This document shows, in pieces, positions 26,501 to 40,800 of a stretch of 64,000 bases of DNA. The position numbers and the translations under genes were made by a program. Source of the stretch: Eledone cirrhosa. Taxonomy: Eukaryota. The notes beneath the pieces are model-generated. The model saw only the letters and a program-made list of their open reading frames with translations. It was not told where the DNA came from and did not search any database. The stretch lies in the NCBI GenBank assembly GCA_964016885.1, contig OZ024740.1:441936001-442000000 (forward strand). The letters run 5' to 3'. Within the stretch, counting starts at the first letter, position 1, and every line of letters begins with the position of its first letter.

Positions 26501-27044
26501 AACAAAAAGGGAGAGAAAGAGCAAGGACTTTGGGGCCATAGAAGAATGGGAGGGAGAAGGGGTGGGTGATGAGCCTAAGGTGCGGCGGTGATGGGGCTGC
26601 ACCCCACGGACAAGACCTCAAAAGCATTTCCGCGGACAATGGTCAGCAAATACCCGCTGCAACAGCCACCCCACCTCACGGGGCTCCTTCCTCATATGGG
26701 TTGCTGACGTTTCAATCTGGCGGAGGAGCTCGGCATTAACAGGGTCCGAGTACGCCTGATGTCCCAATGGCGGCCGGTACGAAGAGGAAGTGGCCGGACA
26801 GTCCCCGGTATTTGTTGGTCTTCCCTTACTTATACTTTCTAGATTCATATCAAGTCAGATCAAATTAAATACTACTGATAGTCTTGCATGCCTGTACATG
26901 TAAAATAGTTAGACCTGGCGGCGACCAAACTGTCAAGCTCTCTCTAGTATCCCACCCTGGTGTGTGTGGGGTATATATGAATACCCTTACATTACAAGGA
27001 GGGGACAAATTCAACAAAAAGTTAACGGCCGTTCGGAAAAGCAG

Positions 27045-27106
<62 letters not shown>

Positions 27107-30100
27107 CTCCATTCATGTGTGTATCATTCAATATGAATTTCATGGCCAATTTCACTCACTCAACTAAAAATATATGAGCTGCACATTCAGGCAATCACAA
27201 TAAAATATTCCACTCAAATTCGGTTCCTATTTATAGGATTCTTGTACTGATATCTCGTAATACATTCGAGTGTGGGGAGTTCAACAGTATTCCTCACTCT
27301 CTTTAAATCTTAAACTTTTTGGCTAATGTCAATAGTCAATATTTAATGTTTATAAGAAGTCGTACGTACCTGTACAAGAACGAATCCTTTTCCACTTAGT
27401 ACCATGGATACAGATTTGGTATCTGCGGACAACTGGAAGAAAAACAAATATATATATATATATAAGCAGAGGTAATTTATCTAAAACGTTATTGCTTTAA
27501 AAGATTACATGAAAATATAAAGATAGGCAATGTGGAGAAATCTTGATAATTTATAGGGAGTGTAACGCGGAGTTACTGTAGGTTCATCTGGGTGAGCACT
27601 CGGTGTTTAGGCAATCACAATAAAATATTCCACTCAAATTTGGTTCCATTCTGTCATTACCAACAAAGAGGTCCGACGAGCCATTGATTGTAGAGTCGGG
27701 CTAGATCGATACAGATCGAACCTTGAGCTGATCAATAGCGAAACGCGCGTCATCAACCAATAAACGTAATGAAGGAGTAAACATTCGTCCTTGTTTTATT
27801 TTATTTTATTTTATTATATATATATATATATATAACTGACTTCTACAGTGAAACAGTTCTAGTCCTGTAGAAGTCATTTCTATATATAATAAAAATGCCT
27901 ACATTTTACCTTCCTCAACTTTCAGTTTGTCACGAATGGAGGCTCGTAGTGTATAAGTCGATGGACAAAATAACTTTTAAATTTAATGGTATATGAAGTA
28001 AGACAGAATAGACAAGGAAGTGAGGCTGTGTAGAATGAAGCAACGAGTTGTCTTCCTATTGTGGGGGCAGATTTAAACTCAACATGAGGAGATAATAAAT
28101 AGATTTATAGTAAAAGATGAAATGTTATCTTACCACGTGTTTGTAGAGGATTGTGCTAGTGTCGGAGGTAATAACTGGGAAAGTGTAACTGTAGCCAGTG
28201 TTATCGGTAACTTCTAATGTTACAGTTTGGTCACAACAGGTATAAGTCAATGCTGCAAATGCAGAAAGAGCTTCAAGGGCAAGCACTGTGTTCTTAAGAA
28301 AAAAAACAACAACAGAAAACAAGAGAATTGTAGAACATGTACAGAATTATAGTGTAGTATATTATACGGCTAAAATCCCTTCATCAGAAAATTAGAATAA
28401 ATCTTCTGATGAAGGGATTTTAGTCCCGAAATATTAGGACAGATGAATAAAATAAGAGGTAACCAATTAACAGCTTCGTTGTCTTGTTTTCAAAATTTAC
28501 CGTCTGTTTCTCATTGTTGTAACCTTCGTCTAATGTACTACTTTGTACGATCACACAATACTCTTAGAATTGTAGATTGTGGAAAGAGATATAGAAATGG
28601 CTATTCCTTAAATAACAGCCATTTTCCTTTTGAAACTCCTTTAGTAGCATGATAATCTCAGAGGAAGAAATACTACATTGTTTAACTCTATTTATGAAGT
28701 CAAACAGCTGAGTAAACTGGAGCAACATGAAATATTGTATAGATTTTTATGCTTACCTGTGTTGAATGATAACCTCCAAGAGCTGTACGTTGAGTCAACA
28801 ACCAATTCATAATGGGGATTCCCTTCGTCACTTCCTTTCTTTTAGCATATGCCAATAGAATGTAAGAAGTCATTTCAATATTTGGTACTTCTTCTATTTT
28901 GTCTTCTTCATTGAATGACTTCGTTACAGTCATTTTTGTCCAATGTTTGTGACCCTGGTCTGTTAGACAGTAGAAAATGTAATCATTATTTTTCAAATTC
29001 TAACTATCCTTAACATATATATTATATATTAGCCGAATTACCCGCGCCTTGCTGCGTTTCACGCATTTTTTTTTTTTTGATGATTGATTTTAAATCAGTG
29101 ATATAATTTATGGAGAAAAACTCTGCATTTCAATATTACTCAATGTTAAATGTAATGCATGAAAAATTGGAAAACACTATATTTGTAATATATCAAATCA
29201 AAGTTACATTATTAAATCTTATTCTTATTTTGTTTTGTTGTAAATAATTTTTTTCAAAATATCAAATCAAAACTTTTGTGAATAGGTATCATATCTTGTC
29301 ATTTACCTATGGTTTAAGGAGAAACATTTTCAGCAGGGGTTTTCAGCTGGGGTTTGTGCCCCCAGGGAACCCTTTGATTAAAATGAAATATACTTATGCA
29401 AGTACCCTGGGAAATGTAGTTTCAGAATATATATGGTTATGGGGGTCTATCTCCAAAACCATAGTAGTAGTTCGTGAACAAACAAACAAACAAACAAACA
29501 GGAATACATCTTTCTATATAAATATGTCAACATCATAAATATCATGGCTGTTTTGTGTAATGTAATTTCTGCTTTCAAGATTTGCTAACATATTGTGAGA
29601 GACGGGGAGCCATTTTTAATGAGCTCGGAATGATAAAAAAGTAGATCTAGATGGGATTTAAACTGTAAAGAACCAGAAGAAATACGACAATGGGGTTTCA
29701 TTCGACACTACAAATTTCAAAAATCCACCACCCTAGTGAAATAAATATGAAAATTAAGAGGTGATTAATTTTAAACCTGAGCCGCCGAAACTGAATATCT
29801 ACTCTGTTAATATAAAAAAAAGAGGGATCGATCAAATCGGACCGAGGAAACAATGTTTCCGTCGGTCTTTCCAGTTGCTAATACTATCTTTCGGTCGCAA
29901 CTCCAGGTAGAAGGAGCAAGGTGAAATAAAGTGTCTTGCTCAAGGACATAACGCATCGCCCGAACCAGGAATCGAACTCACAACCTGAAGATTGTGAATC
30001 TAATTCTCTAACCACTCAGCCACACGCCTTCACTTAATATCAAAAAGGAAAATAAAAAGATTCCACATGGTGAGGAACTCTATACCATTGGCTGGGTGGT

Positions 30101-31807
30101 ATATCCCAGTTTACCATTGGCTGAGTGGTATATACCAGTTTACCATTGGCTGGGTGGTATATATCAGTTACGCTTCACGGACAAAATTGTGAAAGTGTTG
30201 CAGTGGATAGCCAGCGATACCCATTGCGTGAGCCATTGCATCTGGTGAGGGCTCCTTCCTTAGATGAGATTCTCTCAATTTGGTAGCGGGAAATAGGAAG
30301 CGAGGACATTAAGGGTCTTGATAGCGAGAATATTGAATATTATGAACACTTTAAGACGACTAGCTGCTGTTTTTTAGCCGAGTCATCGCCACCCAGAGCA
30401 GTTATGAACAGTTAAAGAAGAAATGAAGAATTATCTTACCGTCAACGACAGCAATATTGTCTAACTCTGCTTCATATTGTTTGAACAATTCCTCTTTTCC
30501 CATCAGTGCCACTGCGTACATAAGAATGGCTTTGGAATAGTGGTTGCCTGGTTGCATAGTCAAGTACTGGAAAGCTGATTCTATTGCAATATCTACACGT
30601 ACCTAAAATTTAAAAAACACAAAAATACAACTTAAAAATAGATATATAAATAAAAGACTAAAATAAAGAAAGAAGAATAGTTTTTTACTTTCTAACACAA
30701 AAAACTAATGAGATTCAAAGTCATCTTAATAAATAAGTAAATAAATAAAATACAATTTCGTGTTAGTAGGTATGTTCCCGTAACTCCTGGTGGAGTGGTA
30801 GCGGCGACCTAGAAGTATACAGCGTTTCTTGAGCATCTTAAGCCTGTCGCAGCCCATTTCTCTTCAGGTTTGAACACAGATTCCTTCCATAAAAGAATAG
30901 AAAGTGAGAGGACGTAAGAAAAAGATATAGAGGCAGAATCTACCCCAGTATCGACCTCGAAAGGACGAAAGGCAACGTTGAGCTCTGCTGGATTTGAACT
31001 GAGAGATCCGAGAGCCGGAATACCACAAGGCACTATATCCCACTTTCTAACGACTCTACTAATTCGTCGCCTTCCGTCTTAGCACTGTCATCATCGAGTG
31101 GCTTTCTCTACTTATTTAGAATATAACTGGCTTCACCGTCTTTGGTGAAATAGCATACATTTATTAAAGACGATATTGCAATAGGTATTGTACTACGATT
31201 TGAAAGATAACTGGTTCGTATCTCGTCAGCGTAATGTGTCCGGAGACTAGACAGTAATCGCATAGGTTCACCCCACCTTTAATAAATAGGCACCATAGAG
31301 AGGTATATATCTTGACCTCTGTCTCCGGTTGAAGAAATGTGACTTTATTGTGATCTTTCTAGATTCATACTTGCCTAAAAATGGCGGAGAGTTTCATAAA
31401 CACATGTGCTCTACTGAACTAAGTTTGCATTTGATTTACCGTAGTTATACCATTAGGAATTGTAAGAATATCACTGTTTCTAGAGAATAATTATATAGAC
31501 TAGCACTAATAAAATTCCATGTGTCTGGAAGGAAGGGCACTTGAAAGGTGTTGCAGCTGTATATCGACATTTAAATATACTCACGTGCATGTGGGAATGC
31601 GATATATTTGTGTTTTCAAGTAAAGCAATTAGAATGTATGCTGTCATTGCACGACCTTCAGCAGCATTTCCCTAAAATACAGAAACAAAAAGAACATTTT
31701 TCGTTTAGAACTCATTGCAAATAAAAATAATTTCTGATATTGAGAAAAAGGGACATGGCTAGTTGAAGTAGCAGGCCTGGTACCTGTAATAACCCTGGGG
31801 CAAGATA

Positions 31808-31842
<35 letters not shown>

Positions 31843-34800
31843 AGAAGAAGAAGAAGAAGAAGAAGAAGAAGAAGAAGAAGAAGAAGAAGAAGAAGAAGAA
31901 GAAGAAGAAGAAGAAGAATTAGTAATGTTGGGAAAAGGATCTCTAGTTTCTACTTGTCCATCAATCAATGAACGGACATCAAATCATTATCAAATATAAA
32001 ACAAAACTCAAAAGTGATGTAATTGAGCGTAATAGAAAACCTTAAAATATTGAGTCAATACTTTAACATCCATAAACATATAATTCTTCTTCTTTACCCA
32101 GTTATTCCTGAGAGGGTCGTGGGGACAGAGACCTCAAACACTCCTACCAACGGGTCCTGTCAGAAGAAACCGTCTCCAACTGATCCGACTGGATCCCCAA
32201 GCGAGACCAGTCAATTTCATGGCTGATATCCAATCATCTTGGTCAAGGTTTTGCCCGTAAAATCTGTCCAGTAATCCTTTCCTCAAACATTCTAACCACA
32301 TGTCTGTATTATCACAGCTGTGATCTCTCAATTCAGAGATTCTTTCCTGGGACATTCTAAACACATGTCTGTAGTATCGGAGCTGTGATCTCTCAATTCA
32401 GAGATTCTTTCCTGGGACATTCTAAACACATGTCTGTAGTATCGGAGCTGTGATCTCTCAATTCGGAGATTCTTTCCTGGGACATTCTAACTACATGTCT
32501 GTAGTATCGGAGCTATGGTCTCTCAATTCGGAGATTCTTTCCTGGGACATTCTAACTACATGTCTGTAGTATCGGAGCTATGGTCTCTCAATTCGGAGAT
32601 TCTTTCCTGGGACATTCTAACCACATGTCTGTAGTATCGGAGCTGTGATCTCTCAATTCAGAGATTCTTTTCTCAGACATTCTAAACACATGTCTGTAGT
32701 ATCAGAGCTATGGTCTCTCAATTCGGAGATTCTTTCCTGAGACATTCTAACTACATGTCTGTAGTATCAGAGCTATGGTCTCTCAATTCGGAGATTCTTT
32801 CCTGAGACATTCTAACTACATGTCTGTAGTATCAGAGCTATGGTCTCTCAATTCGGAGATTCTTTCCTGAGACATTCTAACTACATGTCTGTAGTATCAG
32901 AGCTGTGGTCTCTCAATTCAGAGATTCTTTCCTGAGACATTCTAACTACATGTCTGTAGTATCAGAGCTGTGGTCTCTCAATTCGGAGAAGTAGCTACTC
33001 TACCTGGAGGGACTCTAAATATAAGTTCTTGAGAGTTTTCAATAGCTCTATAGCACATCAATAAAATGTTTGCTGTTTACGTATTATCATATTACACATT
33101 TGTTCACTCTGCGATAATATACGTTTGTGAATATTACAAATATTCTTACCTGCATTTCTTGGTGAAGGACCTCTCCAGACTCTTTGAAGTATCCTAGCTC
33201 TGATTGTTGCTTAAGCAGCCATGATAGGCCTTTATTGATAATATTTTCATCAATAAACACTTCAGGCATAGTCTTCTTGGCTTGACGGAAGGTTTTCAAA
33301 ACGAAGGCAGTTAACCTGGAGAATATTCAAATTATAATGGAGATGGATTTAGAAAAGTCAATGCAATAGCAGTTTAAATGAGTGGAAACGAGTGGAAAGT
33401 AAAACAAAATAGTTTCACTTTATATGGCATTTCGTGGTTTCTATCCCTTCCTCGAAAGAATGGGTGGTGGTGAGCTGAGACCCTTTACCCATGTGTATAG
33501 GGTTGAAGTGGTTGTGACATGCGCAGACGAGTATAGTTACACTAGTCAATAAGATCCATGCTGCTTCCGTCTGCTGATAACAAAAAGCTTTAATCTATTG
33601 ATGCCTGTTTCTCTGATATTTCGGTGGCATCTTTCGTAAATCTGGTATCTTGGGGGAGACATTAGAATGTTCAGCTTCATACACACACATAAAAGTATGT
33701 GTGTTTGTGTGTGTGTGTATGTGTGTGTGTGTGCGCGCGCATATGTGTGTGTGTGTATGTGTGTGTGTGCGCGCACGCATATGTGTGTGTGTGTATGTGT
33801 GTGTGTAACATATATAGGCAAACAAGACCGTTATTGCTTCAACCAGTCTTTTCACCTTCGATAACTACCCTAAATATACACACACTCACACTACACGTAT
33901 ATACACTTACACTACACATATATACACTCACACTACACGTATATACACTTACACTACACGTATATACACTCACACTACACGTATATACACTTACACTACA
34001 CATATATACACTTACACTACACATATATACACTCACACTACACGTATATACACTCACACTACACGTATATACACTCACACTACACGTATATACACTCACA
34101 CTACACATATATACACTCACACTACACGTATATACACTCACACTACACGTATATACACTCACACTACACGTATATACACTCACACTACACGTATATACAC
34201 TTACACTACACGTATATACACTCACACTACACATATATACACTTACACTACACATATATACACTTACACTACACATATATACACTTACACTACACATATA
34301 TACACTTACACTACACGTATATACACTTACACTACACATATATACACTTACACTACACATATATACACTTACACTACACATATATACACTCACACTACAC
34401 ATATATACACCATTTACATATATACACCATATACATATATACACTATATACATATATACACCATATACATATATACACCATATACATATATAGTACAAAG
34501 GCAAGCAATCATCGAATGCTCTGTATGTCAACAATACACTTGGAAAACAAAACCAACGACAAACACAGCATCCAGTGGACAAGACCGATTCCAAACTCGT
34601 AAAAATTACGTTCGTAAAATCCGAACCAATCATGAACTATATTAGATCTAAGACATCCGCCATATAAAATATAAATATGTATCTTATATAAAAACTGTGC
34701 TATTTCTGTCAGTTTCGTTGTTATTAGAAGATGCAAAGGATTGTAAAACTACTTACCATGTACTTCCTGAGGAATCACGTGAGCCAAATGCACTGTATGA

Positions 34801-37800
34801 CCCATCTCTACGTTGGTAAGAAAGTTCATTTTTGTAACCTTTGAAAAAAAAAACACTTGAATGGTAGAGTAATTTTACAGTTTTGCAACATCCTACATTA
34901 AAAATATATAGATACACATTTATATAATTTTATTAGACCTAGAAAATAAGTTCTGACTATGGAAACAAAATTTAGAATCAAAAGGCCAAAGAGTAAACTT
35001 AGCCAAAACTAAAGTGCTAGTGAGTAGGGGAGAAGATAGGACCTTGATTCCTTCATGGAAGTGGCCCTGCTCAATATGTAGAAAGGGAGTAGGCATAAAC
35101 TCCATATGATGTACACAATTTAAATCTTGGGTACACAAGAGATGTAGTGGGATAACAGCTAGATTAACAGGAAGGGAAGACTTTGAGTGTAGAGGATGCA
35201 CATGGGTATCCGAGGAGAGGATAACGACTAATGTAAGCCAGTCGCAGGAAGGACCCATAGAAGTAGTTGATAGCTTCTGCAACCTAGGCAACGTAATTAG
35301 CGGTGGAGGGGGTGCTCTGAAAGCATAAGAGCTAGAATAAGGATAGGATGGAAAAGGTTCAGAGAGCTACTGTTGACCACAAAAAGTTTCTACCTACGTA
35401 TGAAAGGACTGTATGACACCTGTGTGCGAAGTGTGATGCTGCATGGTCACGCGAGAGATAGACCAAGAAAGACTTGGACTGAGGTTGTGAGAGCTGACCT
35501 CAAATCACTGAGACTCAAAGAGGCGATGTCAAAGGATCGCGACGTGTGGAGAGATACCGTGCTGAGAAGGACCCGTACAACCCTTGCAAGCGTGGAAAAG
35601 CCGACGTAAAAACAATAATGATGGTGATGAGAGTGCAATTCTGCTAATGCACCGACTGAAACAGTTTAGTCAATCCTATTGACCACACTACGTATTTCAG
35701 ACAGGTGTAGTGATTTTCATTTTACTCCCTGCTTCATTTTACCTCTTGGTAACTAGAAATCAATTTCGAATTTTCTGCACGGATATAATCATTTCAGATT
35801 ATATTTTCAAATCTTCAAAGGGTGGGGGATTGGCAGTATCGATAAAGGGTCAGACACCATGCTAGGGTGGTGGATTGGCAGTATCGATAAAGGGTCAGAC
35901 ACCATGCTGGGGTGGTGGATTGGCAGTATCGATAAAGGGTCAGACACCATGCTGGGGTGGTGGATTGGCAGTATCTGTAGAGGGTCAGACACCATGCTAG
36001 GGTGGTGGATTGGCAGTATCGATAAAGGGTCAGACACCATGCTGGGGTGGTGGATTGGCAGTATCGATAGAGGGTCAGACCCCATGCTAGGGTGGTGGAT
36101 TGGCAGTATCGATAAAGGGTCAGACACCATGCTGGGGTGGTGGATTGGCAGTATCGGTAGAGGGTCAGACACCATGCTAGGGTGGTGGATTGGCAGTATC
36201 GATAAAGGGTCAGACACCATGCTGGGGTGGTGGATTGGCAGTATCGATAGAGGGTCAGACCCCATGCTAGGGTGGTGGATTGGCAGTATCGATAAAGGGT
36301 CAGGCACCATGCTGGGGTGGTGGATTGGCAGTATCGGTAGAGGGTCAGACACCATGCTAGGGTGGTGGATTGGCAGTATCGATAAAGGGTCAGACACCAT
36401 GCTGGGGTGGTGGATTGGCAGTATCTGTAGAGGGTCAGACACCATGCTGGGGTGGTGGATTGGCAGTATCTGTAGAGGGTCAGACACCATGCTGGGGTGG
36501 TGGATTGGCAGTATCGGTAGAGGGTCAGACACCATGCTGGGGTGGTGGATTGGCAGTATCGATAAAGGGTCAGACACCATGCTGGGGTGGTGGATTGGCA
36601 GTATCTGTAGAGGGTCAGACACCATGCTGGGGTGGTGGATTGGCAGTATCGGTAGAGGGTCAGACACCATGCTGGGGTGGTGGATTGGCAGTATCGGTAG
36701 AGGGTCAGACACCATGCTGGGGTGGTGGATTGGCAGTATCGGTAGAGGGTCAGACACCATGCTGGGGTGGTGGATTGGCAGTATCGGTAGAGGGTCAGAC
36801 ACCATGCTGGGGTGGTGGATTGGCAGTATCTGTAGAGGGTCAGACACCATGCTGGGGTGGTGGATTGGCAGTATCTGTAGAGGGTCAGACACCATGCTGG
36901 GGTGGTGGATTGGCAGTATCTGTAGAGGGTCAGACACCATGCTAGGGTGGTGGATTGGCAGTATCGATAAAGGGTCAGACACCATGCTGGGGTGGTGGAT
37001 TGGCAGTATCGATAAAGGGTCAGACACCATGCTGGGGTGGTGGATTGGCAGTATCTGTAGAGGGTCAGACACCATGCTAGGGTGGTGGATTGGCAGTATC
37101 GATAAAGGGTCAGACACCATGCTGGGGTGGTGGATTGGCAGTATCGATAAAGGGTCAGACACCATGCTGGGGTGGTGGATTGGCAGTATCGGTAGAGGGT
37201 CAGACACCATGCTGGGGTGGTGGATTGGCAGTATCGATAAAGGGTCAGACACCATGCTGGGGTGGTGGATTGGCAGTATCTGTAGAGGGTCAGACACCAT
37301 GCTGGGGTGGTGGATTGGCAGTATCGATAGAGGGTCAGACACCATGCTGGGATGGTGGATTGGCAGTATCGGTAGAGGGTCAGACACCATGCTGGGGTGG
37401 TGGATTGGCAGTATCGGTAGAGGGTCAGACACCATGCTGGGGTGGTGGATTGGCAGTATCTGTAGAGGGTCAGACACCATGCTGGGGTGGTGGATTGGCA
37501 GTATCGGTAGAGGGTCAGACACCATGCTGGGGTGGTGGATTGGCAGTATCGGTAGAGGGTCAGACACCATGCTGGGGTGGTGGATTGGCAGTATCTGTAG
37601 AGGGTCAGACACCATGCTGGGGTGGTGGATTGGCAGTATCGGTAGAGGGTCAGACACCATGCTGGGGTGGTGGATTGGCAGTATCGGTAGAGGGTCAGAC
37701 ACCATGCTGGGGTGGTGGATTGGCAGTATCTGTAGAGGGTCAGACACCATGCTGGGGTGGTGGATTGGCAGTATCTGTAGAGGGTCAGACACCATGCTGG

Positions 37801-40800
37801 GGTGGTGGATTGGCAGTATCGGTAGAGGGTCAGACACCATGCTAGGGTGGTGGATTGGCAGTATCTGTAGAGGGTCAGACACCATGCTAGGGTGGTGGAT
37901 TGGCAGTATCTGTAGAGGGTCAGTCACCATGCTAGGGTGGTGGATTGGCAGTATCGATAGAGGGTCAGACCCCATGCTAGGGTGGTGGATTGGCAGTATC
38001 TGTAGAGGGTCAGACACCATGCTGGGGTGGTGGATTGGCAGTATCGATAGAGGGTCAGACCCCATGCTAGGGTGGTGGATTGGCAGTATCGATAAAGGGT
38101 CAGACACCATGCTGGGGTGGTGGATTGGCAGTATCGGTAGAGGGTCAGACACCATGCTAGGGTGGTGGATTGGCAGTATCGGGAGAGGGTTGGACGCCAT
38201 GCTAGGGTGGTGGATTGGTAGTATCTGTAGAGGGTCAGACACCATGCTAGGGTGGTGGATTGGCAGTATCGATAGAGGGTCAGACCCCATGCTAGGGTGG
38301 TGGATTGGCAGTATCGATAAAGGGTCAGACACCATGCTGGGGTGGTGGATTGGCAGTATCGGTAGAGGGTCAGACACCATGCTGGGGAGGTGGATTGGCA
38401 GTATCGGGAGAGGGTTGGACGCCATGCTAGGGTGGTGGATTGGCAGTATCTGTAGAGGGTCAGACACCATGCTAGGGTGGTGGATTGGCAGTATCTGTAG
38501 AGGGTCAGACACCATGCTGGGGTGGTGGATTGGCAGTATCGGTAGAGGGTCAGACACCATGCTAGGGTGGTGGATTGGCAGTATCGGGAGAGGGTTGGAC
38601 GCCATGCTAGGGTGGTGGATTGGCAGTATCGATAAAGGGTCAGACACCATGCTGGGGTGGTGGATTGGCAGTATCTGTAGAGGGTCAGACACCATGCTGT
38701 GGTGGTGGATTGGCAGTATCGATAAAGGGTCAGACACCATGCTAGGGTGGTGGATTGGCAGTATCGATAAAGGGTCAGACACTATGCTAGGGTGGTGGAT
38801 TGGCAGTATCGATAAAGGGTCAGACGCCATGCTAGGGTGGTGGATTGGCAGTATCTGTAGAGGGTCAGACACCATGCTAGGGTGGTGGATTGGCAGTATC
38901 TGTAGAGGGTCAGACACCATGCTAGGGTGGTGGATTGGCAGTATCTGTAGAGGGTCAGACACCATGCTAGGGTGGTGGATTGGCAGTATCTGTAGAGGGT
39001 CAGACACCATGCTAGGGTGGTGGATTGGCAGTATCTGTAGAGGGTCAGACACCATGCTAGGGTGGTGGATTGGCAGTATCTGTAGAGGGTCAGACACCAT
39101 GCTAGGGTGGTGGATTGGCAGTATCTGTAGAGGGTCAGACACCATGCTGGGGTGGTGGATTGGCAGTATCTGTAGAGGGTCAGACACCATGCTGGGGTGG
39201 TGGATTGGCAGTATCTGTAGAGGGTCAGACACCATGCTAGGGTGGTGGATTGGCAGTATCGATAAAGGGTCAGACACCATGCTGGGGTGGTGGATTGGCA
39301 GTATCGATAAAGGGTCAGACACCATGCTGGGGTGGTGGATTGGCAGTATCTGTAGAGGGTCAGACACCATGCTAGGGTGGTGGATTGGCAGTATCGATAA
39401 AGGGTCAGACACCATGCTGGGGTGGTGGATTGGCAGTATCGATAAAGGGTCAGACACCATGCTGGGGTGGTGGATTGGCAGTATCGGTAGAGGGTCAGAC
39501 ACCATGCTGGGGTGGTGGATTGGCAGTATCGATAAAGGGTCAGACACCATGCTGGGGTGGTGGATTGGCAGTATCTGTAGAGGGTCAGACACCATGCTGG
39601 GGTGGTGGATTGGCAGTATCGATAGAGGGTCAGACACCATGCTGGGATGGTGGATTGGCAGTATCGGTAGAGGGTCAGACACCATGCTGGGGTGGTGGAT
39701 TGGCAGTATCGGTAGAGGGTCAGACACCATGCTGGGGTGGTGGATTGGCAGTATCTGTAGAGGGTCAGACACCATGCTGGGGTGGTGGATTGGCAGTATC
39801 GGTAGAGGGTCAGACACCATGCTGGGGTGGTGGATTGGCAGTATCGGTAGAGGGTCAGACACCATGCTGGGGTGGTGGATTGGCAGTATCTGTAGAGGGT
39901 CAGACACCATGCTGGGGTGGTGGATTGGCAGTATCGGTAGAGGGTCAGACACCATGCTGGGGTGGTGGATTGGCAGTATCGGTAGAGGGTCAGACACCAT
40001 GCTGGGGTGGTGGATTGGCAGTATCTGTAGAGGGTCAGACACCATGCTGGGGTGGTGGATTGGCAGTATCGGTAGAGGGTCAGACACCATGCTGGGGTGG
40101 TGGATTGGCAGTATCGGTAGAGGGTCAGACACCATGCTGGGGTGGTGGATTGGCAGTATCGGTAGAGGGTCAGACACCATGCTGGGGTGGTGGATTGGCA
40201 GTATCTGTAGAGGGTCAGACACCATGCTGGGGTGGTGGATTGGCAGTATCGGTAGAGGGTCAGACACCATGCTGGGGTGGTGGATTGGCAGTATCGGTAG
40301 AAGGTCAGACACCATGCTGGGGTGGTGGATTGGCAGTATCGGTAGAGGGTCAGACACCATGCCTTGCAGCAAAGAGTTACAGCCCTTTATGGCCTAAGTT
40401 CAAATCCTGCCGAGGTTAACTTTGCCTTTCATCCTTACGGCGTCGATAAAATAAAGTACCAGTAATACACTGGGATAATTGCTGGCCTTGTGCCAAAAGT
40501 AGAAACAATTATATATTCAAATCAATCCCCAAGGTCTTTCAGTCGTTATTTATTTTATTTAAATTAGGGCAAGGAGAGGAAATATTAAAGAGGTAGAGAG
40601 AAGGGGTGTGAAAAGGGCAGGGAGAAGGGGTGTGAAAAGGGCAGGGAGAAGGGGTGTGAAAAGGGCAGGGAGAAGGGGTGTGAAAGACGCAGGGCTAATC
40701 TGAAATGAAGTTCCGGCCAATCCGCTACCAATGGGAGAGGGGAAAATGTGAAAGTGATTTCAGATATTGGCGGAATGAATTCAAGAATGCCAATCCATCA

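Noticed and set aside
33699-34633. 264-aa LTLHVYT / CSVSVY ORFs
   Set aside because: Translations of a 21-bp minisatellite.
35807-40419. 1521-aa and 1512-aa repetitive ORFs on both strands
   Set aside because: A 45-bp stop-free unit gives open frames automatically. The unit is a SINE head inside an intron.
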